The notes beneath the pieces are model-generated. The model searched no databases, was not told the DNA's origin, and saw only the letters and a list, made by a program, of their open reading frames with translations. Of a stretch of DNA of 64,000 nucleotides, positions 56,631-64,000 are shown piece by piece (within the stretch, counting starts at the first letter, position 1; each line of letters opens with the position of its first letter). A program made the position numbers and the translations under genes. The stretch comes from Thermoanaerobaculia bacterium. GTDB lineage: Bacteria; Acidobacteriota; Thermoanaerobaculia; Gp7-AA8. The stretch covers positions 64,135 through 128,134 of the forward strand of contig DASPNA010000152.1 in assembly GCA_035626775.1 (NCBI GenBank), in the 5' to 3' direction.

Positions 56631-59445
56631 GCGTCTCCTTCACTTGCATGAAGCGGGAATCGCTGGCGAGATAACGGAAGAGCGGATGCGCCAGCACGTA
56701 CGCAGCGCTCGGCTCTTTGCGCTGCGCGGCTTTCTCCAGTGCTGTCAGCAGACCGGCCGTGTCATCGAGTAGCGCGTGCACCTCGGCCGCGTACGTCCAC
56801 GACTGATCGCCCGGCGCCGCCGCCGCGAGCGCCGTGTTGAGCTCTCTCAGTGCAGTCGTTCGATCGCGCTTCTCCGCCGCGACGTATGCGGCGAGGATGT
56901 GATTGCCATAAAGCGGATCGGATTGCACGAGCTTCTTCTGCTCGATGTCCGCGATCTCGAGCGAATGACGCAACACAGCCAAACGCCCGATTTTGAGCGC
57001 GAGCGCGGCGTTGTCCGCTGCCGTCTCTTCGACGTCGTAATAGCGCTGAATGGCCCGGTCGATGCGCCCCTCGGACGCGAGCACATCGGGCTCGTGCGCC
57101 TCGATCTGCTGCGCCGGAACTGCTTTGAGCCGCGCGAGAGTCGCGTTGAATTTCGCCGTATCGCCCGCCGACAACGCATAGCGCGCCGCGAGGTTCAGCG
57201 CCTCGGCATCGTTCGGCACGCGGCGCAACACGAGACCGTACGACGCGAACGCCTGATTCAGATCGCCGGCGATGAGGCTCGAGCGCGCGACCTTTCGCGC
57301 GGCTCCGAGGTTGTCGGGATCGAGCGCGACCACTTCGCGGGCCGCGGCCATCGCGTCCGCATCGCGGCCGGTCGACGCAAAGAGATCCATCGCGAACAGT
57401 TGCGCCGGCAGGAACTTCGGATCGGATGCGAGTGCCGCACGCAGCGATGCATCGGCGCGCGCGGCGTCGTTTTGCGAGCGCGCGACCACTGCATCGGCGA
57501 ACGAGTTCAACGCGTCGGCGGCGGCGTACGTGCGCGGCCTGGCCTGGACTTCCGAGGTCACGTATTGCACGACGGCGCGAATGCCGCTCGCGGTATCGGA
57601 CAGCGGTACCGGTTGCGATGTCTTCAAGCCGCTCGTCGCGACGATCTCCGGCCCGGCAGCGCCGTTGCGCACGCGCGCCGAGAATGACGCGACATCAGCC
57701 GCCGCGGCATCGCTCACACGCAATTCGGGGAACGCGCGGAGGATCTCGATCGCCCCGAGGCGCACGGCATTCGCGCGCTCGACGACGGCGGGATCGGGCG
57801 ACTCGATCGCGAACGGTTCGAGCACGACGGCGCGCGGTTGTTCGGCCGTTGCCGGCTGCGGTCCTGTGGGCGCGGTGGTCGTCGCAACCGGCGCCGCGTT
57901 GCCGTCGCGTCGCGACCACATCAGACCCGCGCCGCCGAGGACGACCAGGATCAGCACAGCGGCCGCGGCGAGCATCAACGCGCGCTTGCGACGCGCGGCG
58001 GCCGCGACCATCGCTTCCGCTTCCGCGATCGCGGCATCTTCCGCTTCGAGCTCGGCGGTGGTGGGCTCCGGATCGGTCATCGTCGGCGCCGCCGGCTCTG
58101 CCGGCACGATCGTGTACAGCTTCACGCCCGCGCGCGCGCCCGCGTCGCGCAACCGCACGTTCCCGCGACCCTCCTTCACGAACTCCTCGGTGATGAAGAG
58201 CGTGTTCGGCGGCAATTGCGCGAGCGTCGCGGTAGCCTTGTCGATCGACGGACCGGTCGGCACGCCATCGACCATTTCGAGCTCGCCCGCATGCAGCAGC
58301 ATGCGCACGGAAATCGGCTCGCCTTCCTGCTGCGACGGCGAGAGATCGAATTCGCCTTTGCGTCCTGCCTCGAGCGCACTGTCGACCGATGGCAGCTCCG
58401 CGATCAAACGCGTGCCGAATGGATCGACCACCTGCCCGTCGAAGAGATACACCGATTCGCCGAGAACCTGCTGCATGCGCGCGGCGGCTCGCGTTGCAGC
58501 TTCCGGATCGCCGGCTGCGAGCTCGTCGTAATTCGCGACGTCGGCGATGAACAGGATCGAACGCTTCGCGGTCGACACGACCGGAGTCGCGGTGGAAATC
58601 TTCTTCTCCATCGCCGCGGCGAACAGCAAGACTTCCGGCTCCGCCTTCTCGATCGCGGCGAGCAGCGTTTTCATGCTGTCGTGCCGCTTGAACGGGTCCT
58701 TGAACAGACAGTTGCCGAGGATGCCGATGATGGTCCCGTCGATGTTCGGATTGGCGGCCTTCGGCGAGATCGGTTGACCTTCGACGATCGCGCGGGCGAT
58801 GTCGCCTGCAACCGCGCCCGCGAACGGCAGCTTGCCGGTGGCCATCTCGTACATGACTACGCCGGTGGAGAACACGTCGGTGCGCTCGTCGATGTTCTGC
58901 GAGGCGATCTGCTCGGGCGCCATGTATGCGACCGAGCGCGGATCGGCGCCCTTCTGTTGATAAGACGTGGACGTGCGCTCGCGCCGCAGCAGATTGCCGA
59001 CATTCAAGCCGCCGAGCCGCACCTGTCCGTCGGACGACACGAGCACGGAATCGCCGGTGACGTTGCCGTGGAGGATGCCTTTCACGTGCAGGTACTTGAG
59101 GACGCTGGCGAGCTGGAAGGCGATGCGGAGGACTTCCGTACGTTGCAGCGGATTGCTCGCCACTTTGCGCGAGACCGGTTCCGCGTCGACGTGTTCCATC
59201 ACCATCAGAAGGTTGTCGCCGACCGGCGTGATCTCGGTGACCGGCACCAGGAAGGTGTGGTACAGCGCGGCCGCGAGGCGCACATCGCGCACGAGCGCAT
59301 CGCGCCTGGCCTGATCCTTCGGAAGCTGCTTCGTCAGCAGCTTGATCGCGACCTTGCGGCTGTTGCGCGTGTCTTCCGCGAGCCACACGGAAGCACCGAC
59401 ACGTTCACCGATGACGTAATGCCCGAGGGGCGCGTTCGAGGACAT
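56578..59445 (-). CDS. Ser/Thr-protein-kinase-like domain (predicted inactive), class III nucleotidyl-cyclase-like domain, TM, C-terminal TPR repeats
   Basis: Kinase subdomains GERVGASVWLA, VAIKLL and YMAPEQ are present. The catalytic loop is ILHGNVTGDSVLV (no HRD Asp) and DFG is replaced by LGG. RSILFIADVANYDEL is cyclase-like. A TM segment LMLAAAAVLILVVLGGAGLMW follows, then a long TPR-like Ala/Leu-rich C-terminus. Confidence 0.8.
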   Translation of the reverse strand: MSSNAPLGHYVIGERVGASVWLAEDTRNSRKVAIKLLTKQLPKDQARRDALVRDVRLAAALYHTFLVPVTEITPVGDNLLMVMEHVDAEPVSRKVASNPLQRTEVLRIAFQLASVLKYLHVKGILHGNVTGDSVLVSSDGQVRLGGLNVGNLLRRERTSTSYQQKGADPRSVAYMAPEQIASQNIDERTDVFSTGVVMYEMATGKLPFAGAVAGDIARAIVEGQPISPKAANPNIDGTIIGILGNCLFKDPFKRHDSMKTLLAAIEKAEPEVLLFAAAMEKKISTATPVVSTAKRSILFIADVANYDELAAGDPEAATRAAARMQQVLGESVYLFDGQVVDPFGTRLIAELPSVDSALEAGRKGEFDLSPSQQEGEPISVRMLLHAGELEMVDGVPTGPSIDKATATLAQLPPNTLFITEEFVKEGRGNVRLRDAGARAGVKLYTIVPAEPAAPTMTDPEPTTAELEAEDAAIAEAEAMVAAAARRKRALMLAAAAVLILVVLGGAGLMWSRRDGNAAPVATTTAPTGPQPATAEQPRAVVLEPFAIESPDPAVVERANAVRLGAIEILRAFPELRVSDAAAADVASFSARVRNGAAGPEIVATSGLKTSQPVPLSDTASGIRAVVQYVTSEVQARPRTYAAADALNSFADAVVARSQNDAARADASLRAALASDPKFLPAQLFAMDLFASTGRDADAMAAAREVVALDPDNLGAARKVARSSLIAGDLNQAFASYGLVLRRVPNDAEALNLAARYALSAGDTAKFNATLARLKAVPAQQIEAHEPDVLASEGRIDRAIQRYYDVEETAADNAALALKIGRLAVLRHSLEIADIEQKKLVQSDPLYGNHILAAYVAAEKRDRTTALRELNTALAAAAPGDQSWTYAAEVHALLDDTAGLLTALEKAAQRKEPSAAYVLAHPLFRYLASDSRFMQVKETLIAQQAEARTALAQLRL

Positions 59446-59465
59446 TTCAGAAAATTATAGGCGAG

Positions 59466-59583
59466 CCCCTCATCCGGCCTTCGGCCACCTTCTCCCCCGC
59501 GGCGAGAAGGTTACAAGGCACCTCCCCTGTGTAGCCTTCTCCCCTCGGCGAGGAAAGAAGGTGCCGAAGGCGGATGAGAGGAG
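59466..59583. repeat. Repeat E: ~118-bp compound inverted repeat between the DinB gene and the kinase-like gene
   Basis: CCTCATCCGGCCTTCGGCCACCTTCTCCCC ... GGCGAGGAAAGAAGGTGCCGAAGGCGGATGAGAGG, with an inner CCTTCTCCCCCGCGGCGAGAAGG palindrome. Confidence 0.6.
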
Positions 59584-59588
59584 CGCCG

Positions 59589-60098
59589 TCACCACGCCGG
59601 TTCCGGCCTGCCGAACCAGACCCACGCGATGTAATCGACGAGCGGCGGCTCGCCTCCGACTTCGCGCAAACGCGCATTGATCTGCCCGCGGTGATACGTG
59701 CTGTGCGCCGGCAGTTGTACGAGCGTGTCCGCGAGCGTCGGCGCCTGCAGCGGCCGGCCGAGCTGTTCGGCGAAGTACTGCAGCCACGGCATGACCACGA
59801 TGTCGTTGAGCGCGTCGCTGCTCGTCTGCGCGAGAAATGCGTCCGCATCCGCATAATACGAGCGCGCCCACGCGCGTAGTGTGTCGACGTCGCGTGCTGC
59901 GTAGAGCGCTTCCGGATCGATCTCGCTGTTCGTCCACATCAGATAGAAGGCGCGCTGCACCGCATGAAGATGGAGCAGGATCGCCATCAACTTCTGATCG
60001 GACGATGCGGCGGGCACGGCGTCGATGGCGCGCCAGATCTCGGCGTCGGCCCACTGCATGTGGCGGAATGTATCGCGCGCGAGCGCCAGCGTAATCAT
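59589..60098 (-). CDS. DinB/YfiT-family (DinB_2) four-helix-bundle metal-binding protein
   Basis: His triad pattern HMQWADAEIW ... LLHLHAVQRAFY ... HSTYHRGQI. Confidence 0.7.
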   Translation of the reverse strand: MITLALARDTFRHMQWADAEIWRAIDAVPAASSDQKLMAILLHLHAVQRAFYLMWTNSEIDPEALYAARDVDTLRAWARSYYADADAFLAQTSSDALNDIVVMPWLQYFAEQLGRPLQAPTLADTLVQLPAHSTYHRGQINARLREVGGEPPLVDYIAWVWFGRPEPAW

Positions 60099-60601
60099 GA
60101 GATGTGCAGCAATTCTGCACCCGATTCCACGGTCTGTCCCGCCTCGACGAACAATTCATCGACCGTTCCGTCGGCTGGAGACGTGATCTCGTTCTCCATC
60201 TTCATCGCTTCGAGGATCAGCAGGCCCGCGCCCTTACGCACGGCGTCGCCTTTCGCGACGAGCACACGCACGACGCGGCCCGGCATGAGCGCTTTGACCA
60301 CGCCGCTCGTGGCCATCTCGTCGTCGCGCCTGCGCCGCTTCGCGGCGAGCGGGTCGATGATGTCGACGGTGACTGTCGCGCCGCCGAGGGAGATCTCGTG
60401 CGTGTTGCCTTCGCGGTGATGGATGAGCGAGATCTGTGTTCCGTCGTCGAGGCGCAGCGAACGCACGAACGGACCCGCGCTGACGAGATCGGCTTCGAGC
60501 CATCGCTCGCCGATGCGCACGCGATAGCCGGCGCCGTGGCGCAGCACTTCCACTTCGACGTCGCGCGGCGCGTCGCCGGACATGCGGGCGATGAACTTCA
60601 T
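60095..60601 (-). CDS. Biotin carboxyl carrier (biotinyl-domain) protein
   Basis: C-terminal LILEAMKMENEITSPADGTVDELFVEAGQTV biotinylation motif (AMKM). Confidence 0.7.
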   Translation of the reverse strand: MKFIARMSGDAPRDVEVEVLRHGAGYRVRIGERWLEADLVSAGPFVRSLRLDDGTQISLIHHREGNTHEISLGGATVTVDIIDPLAAKRRRRDDEMATSGVVKALMPGRVVRVLVAKGDAVRKGAGLLILEAMKMENEITSPADGTVDELFVEAGQTVESGAELLHIS

Positions 60602-62088
60602 CGCAGGGCTTCCTTGCGTGCGGCATCGCGCCAGCGCGACGGCGCGTCTTCCGGCAATTGCACGTTCTGTGATTCCTCGAATGCCAGGATCGCGGCCGCG
60701 GCGATCGCAGCCTGGACGTCCTGGGCGTCGGCCGGCGGATGCGCGAAGTCGAGCGTCGGCAGGATGCGGTCGATGAAGCCGGTGTCGAAGTCGCCGGCCT
60801 GGAATTTCGCGTCGTTCATGATGAACGTGAAGAACGGGATCGTGGTCATGATCCCTTCGACGCGATATTCGGTCAGCGCGCGGCGCATGCGGCCGATCGC
60901 TTCATCGCGCGTCTTCGCGTGCGCCATCAGTTTCGACAGCATCGGATCGTAGAACACCGGCACGGTATAGCCGGCGTACACGCCTTGATCGTTGCGCACG
61001 CCCGGTCCCTGCGGAAGGCTGATGTAGCGGATCAGGCCTGGCGACGGCGCGAAATTGCGCGCGGGATCTTCGGCGTAGATGCGGCATTCGATGGCGTGGC
61101 CGAGCGGCCGTAGTTCTTCCTGCGTGAACGACAACCGCTCGCCCTGCGCGATGCGCAGTTGCTCCTTGACGAGATCGACGCCCCACACCATCTCCGTGAC
61201 CGGGTGCTCGACCTGCAGGCGCGTGTTCATCTCGAGGAAGTAGAACTGGCGATCGGGTCCCATCAGGCATTCGATGGTGCCGGTCGAGTAGTAGTTCACC
61301 GCGGCCGCGGCTTTGACGGCCATGGCGCCGAGGCGGGCGCGGAGCTCGTCGTCGACGACGGGCGATGGACATTCCTCGACGACCTTCTGATGGCGGCGCT
61401 GCAGCGTGCATTCGCGCTCGCCGACGTGCACGATGTTGCCGTGCTGATCGCCGACGATCTGCACCTCGATGTGTCGCGGGTTGGCGATGAACTTCTCGGC
61501 GTAAACGGCGCCGTCGCCGAAGAATGATTCCGCTTCGCTGGTAACGCGCTCGTACGCGGAACGGAGGTCTTCCTCGCGCTCGACGAGGCGCAGACCTTTG
61601 CCGCCGCCGCCGGCGCTCGCCTTGATCATGATCGGGAAGCCGGCCTCGCGCGCAAAGTCCGCGATCTCGTCGAACGACTTCACCGCTTCGGTGAGGCCGG
61701 GCACCACCGGTACGCCCGCGGCTTGCATCCGCTGCCGGCTCTCGGTCTTCGAGCCCATCGCCTCGATCGATTCGGGCGAAGGTCCGATGAAGAGCAGGCC
61801 TGCGTCGCGGCAGGCGCGCGCGAAATCGGCGTTCTCCGCGAGGAATCCGTAGCCCGGATGGATCGCCTCGGCGCCGCTCTTCTTCGCGGCTTCGAGGATG
61901 CGATCCACGCGCAGGTAGCTCTCGCGCGATGGTGCCGGACCGATGGGCATGGCCTCGTCCGCGGAGACCACGTGCAGTGCGGCGCGATCGGGCTCGGAGT
62001 AGACGGCAACGGTGGGATAACCGAGCTCGCGGCATGCGCGAATGATGCGCACGGCGATCTCGCCGCGGTTTGCAATGAGCACCTTCAT
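60598..62088 (-). CDS. accC: Biotin carboxylase subunit of a biotin-dependent carboxylase
   Basis: MKVLIANRGEIAVRIIRACRELG ... HPGYGFLAENADFA ... MIKASAGGGGKGLRLV. Confidence 0.9.
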   Translation of the reverse strand: MKVLIANRGEIAVRIIRACRELGYPTVAVYSEPDRAALHVVSADEAMPIGPAPSRESYLRVDRILEAAKKSGAEAIHPGYGFLAENADFARACRDAGLLFIGPSPESIEAMGSKTESRQRMQAAGVPVVPGLTEAVKSFDEIADFAREAGFPIMIKASAGGGGKGLRLVEREEDLRSAYERVTSEAESFFGDGAVYAEKFIANPRHIEVQIVGDQHGNIVHVGERECTLQRRHQKVVEECPSPVVDDELRARLGAMAVKAAAAVNYYSTGTIECLMGPDRQFYFLEMNTRLQVEHPVTEMVWGVDLVKEQLRIAQGERLSFTQEELRPLGHAIECRIYAEDPARNFAPSPGLIRYISLPQGPGVRNDQGVYAGYTVPVFYDPMLSKLMAHAKTRDEAIGRMRRALTEYRVEGIMTTIPFFTFIMNDAKFQAGDFDTGFIDRILPTLDFAHPPADAQDVQAAIAAAAILAFEESQNVQLPEDAPSRWRDAARKEALR

Positions 62089-62131
62089 GCCGCGCGGCAT
62101 TGTAGCCGCAACGCTGCTACCATTCGCCGCC

Positions 62132-62455
62132 ATGCCGAACGAAGCACTGCAGCAGCAGCGAGCGCAAATTCTCTCCGGTGTCGTGACCACGTTGCTCTCC
62201 GATCTGAAGACCGGAGTGGGCGACAAGGACCGGCGCCGTCAGGTCGAGGAATGGATGCGCACGCTCGCGGAAAAGTATCCCGAGTTCCGCATCGAGACCG
62301 GCCTGCGCGACTACTACCTGGCCGAGGCGGAGCGCCTGCGCGCGGACTTTGACAAATCGAGCGACCTCACGGAGAAGCTGGGGTTGGGTCGGAGCATCGA
62401 GTCGTTTCTGGACCGGGCGGCGGAGTACGATCGGCGGATTGCGGATCGCGGGTGA
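62132..62455 (+). CDS. Hypothetical protein divergent from accC
   Basis: 107-aa ORF from MPNEALQQQ. No motif. Followed by the hairpin CGAGGTTG...CAACCTCG at 62465-62496. Confidence 0.3.
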   Translation: MPNEALQQQRAQILSGVVTTLLSDLKTGVGDKDRRRQVEEWMRTLAEKYPEFRIETGLRDYYLAEAERLRADFDKSSDLTEKLGLGRSIESFLDRAAEYDRRIADRG

Positions 62456-62886
62456 AACAACGAGGTTGTCGGTTGTCGAACATCCAACCTCGCATCACAC
62501 CGTGCTAGTCACCATCGTCATACGGTGAGTTATCACCACGGCAATCGGCGCACTGGCACCCGATGAGGATCATCGCGATCCTCCGCCTTCGTGGTTACGG
62601 CTGGTATCACGTACTTCGCTCTCCCGTATGGCACAGCGCTCGGGGTCTTCACGTTTCTGGTACTTTCACGGACATCTGTCATCGCGCAGTTCCAAGGGTG
62701 TGGAAGTTCGTAACGATGCGCGAGTAACGACTAGATGGCGAGAACGAAATGCAAGAGCATCAGCCCGAACGCGACTGGAAACGGTGGCAGCAACTCGTTT
62801 CATCGTCCACTCCAACCGGGACATCGCGATCGTATTCGATGACCGGCGTCGTTCTTCGGCGAGCTCTTTTGACGTCAATTTACAAG

Positions 62887-62971
<85 letters not shown>

Positions 62972-62988
62972 AGGCGAATCAAAGAACG

Positions 62989-63288
62989 TTACTTCGCCGG
63001 TGCTTTGGCCGGAGCCGGGGCCGCCGGTGCTGCGGTGCCGCTCATCACGGAGCTGCGCGGGCGGGCCTGAAGGACGGCCAGCGAGAGCGACGTGATGACG
63101 AACGCAACGAAGAACCCCGTCGTGAGCTTATGCAGGAGCGTCGTCGCGCCGCGCGCGCCGAATGCCGTCTGCGAGCCGCCGCCACCAAACGCACCCGCCA
63201 GATCCGCGCCCTTGCCCTGCTGGACCAGGACCACGAGGATCAGAAAGATGCTGATGATGACGTGCAAAATGACGAGAAGGGTAATCAT
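62989..63288 (-). CDS. secG: Preprotein translocase subunit SecG
   Basis: MITLLVILHVIISIFLILVVLVQQGKGADLAGAFGGGGSQTAFGARG. Conserved tpiA-secG-tRNA-Leu arrangement. Confidence 0.85.
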   Translation of the reverse strand: MITLLVILHVIISIFLILVVLVQQGKGADLAGAFGGGGSQTAFGARGATTLLHKLTTGFFVAFVITSLSLAVLQARPRSSVMSGTAAPAAPAPAKAPAK

Positions 63289-63377
63289 GGATTCTCCGAT
63301 GCGCTGACCCGAAACGGGGCAGGGACGCGGATTGTTCCCGAGTCGCGGAGGTTCGTCAAGCCCCTGTTTGGGCGGAG

Positions 63378-63479
63378 TCGCAGAGTCTCAGAGTCTCAGA
63401 GTCTCAGAGGGTTTTGCGGCATGCGCTGCGCCTGAAGAATACCCTCTGAGACTCTGAGACTCTGAGACTCTGCGACTCG
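63378..63479. repeat. Element D: hairpin built from 3 tandem CAGAGTCT units per arm in the tpiA-secG intergenic region
   Basis: GTCGCAGAGTCTCAGAGTCTCAGAGTCTCAGAGGGT-(loop)-ACCCTCTGAGACTCTGAGACTCTGAGACTCTGCGAC. Confidence 0.8.
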
Positions 63480-64000
63480 CTACCGCATCCCCGCGTGGAT
63501 GGCCAGAAACTTCCGCGCGTCCAGGCTCGCGCCGCCCACCAGGAACCCGTCGATCGTGCCATGCTCGACAAGGTCGGGCACGTTGTCCGGAGTCACGCTG
63601 CCGCCGTAGAGGATGGGCGCTTTTGCGAGACGCGCCGGCCAGAAGCGGTCCAGCGCGGCGCGGATCTCGACGAGCGTTTCGGCGACCATCGTGCCGCTCG
63701 CCACGCGGCCGGTGCCGATCGCCCAGATCGGCTCGTACGCGATCACCACTTCATCCGCGGACTCGAGCGCGTCGACGGCGGCGGTCTTCAGCTGATCCGC
63801 GAGGAACTGCGCGACACCGCCAATGTCGCGCACGCGCATGTCCTCGCCGATGCAGAGCACCGGCTTGAGACCGTGCTGAATGGCGAGCGTCAGCTTGCGC
63901 GCGATGAGAGCGTCAGGCTCGTGAAAGAGATTGCGGCGTTCCGAGTGGCCGAGGATGACGGCGTCGGCGCCGCATTCACGAATCATCCCGGGGGAAACTT
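63480..64000 (-). CDS. tpiA: Triose-phosphate isomerase, C-terminal part (gene continues past the window end)
   Basis: AYEPIWAIGTG ... ILYGGSV ... GFLVGGASL motifs. Confidence 0.85.
   Translation of the reverse strand, partial: VSPGMIRECGADAVILGHSERRNLFHEPDALIARKLTLAIQHGLKPVLCIGEDMRVRDIGGVAQFLADQLKTAAVDALESADEVVIAYEPIWAIGTGRVASGTMVAETLVEIRAALDRFWPARLAKAPILYGGSVTPDNVPDLVEHGTIDGFLVGGASLDARKFLAIHAGMR

Overview
The window is a 64-kb, high-GC (by eye about 65-70%) bacterial chromosomal segment with dense, mostly operon-style coding and many 4-bp ATGA/GTGA start-stop overlaps. It looks like a soil-type high-GC Gram-negative organism. An Acidobacteria- or Gemmatimonadota-like origin is only a guess. 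Gene order, from the start: (1) MoxR AAA+ ATPase plus DUF58 (minus strand). (2) A decayed response-regulator receiver remnant. (3) A two-gene RHS/YD-repeat locus. The first gene encodes a 2163-aa secreted giant with YD repeats, an IPT/TIG domain, an Ig-like domain, four near-identical tandem NBR1-like Ig domains and a LamG domain. It is translationally coupled to a 718-aa RHS-core protein with an unrecognised His-rich C-terminal domain. No immunity gene is visible, and an orphan prepilin-like gene follows. (4) A periplasmic beta-propeller sensor histidine kinase plus NarL-type regulator. (5) ETF-ubiquinone oxidoreductase. (6) A locus of about 30 kb for Wzy-dependent exopolysaccharide synthesis and export. 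It runs from a WecA/MraY-family initiating transferase through an AsnB-like amidotransferase, 12 glycosyltransferases (GT2/GT4), two Wzy_C-family membrane proteins, a carbamoyltransferase, a putative outer-membrane barrel, a Wza-like exporter, a Wzc-like co-polymerase/BY-kinase and a CpsB-type PHP phosphatase. An HMA-thioredoxin fusion gene, a nonsense-disrupted outer-membrane protein gene and a beta-carbonic anhydrase gene are interspersed, and no Wzx flippase is visible. (7) etfBA. (8) Housekeeping genes: an Hfq-like gene, pdxA, an EamA transporter, surE, pcm, acyP, apt, queD, a Ser/Thr-kinase-like pseudokinase with cyclase-like and TPR regions, DinB, BCCP-like plus accC, tRNA-Leu(GAG), secG and tpiA (partial). 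Superimposed on the genes are several families of small structured repeats. Family A (3 copies) and element D are long hairpins built from tandem 8-10-bp units. Family B is a MITE/REP-like palindromic element (3.5 copies, one apparently in-frame inside the DUF58 gene). Family C is a set of GC-rich palindromes. There is also a 430-bp lower-GC noncoding stretch next to the tRNA. The most unusual items are the split RHS locus with its uncharacterised C-terminal domain and the repeat families. None of the functions is experimentally supported here. All calls come from reading motifs in the provided translations.
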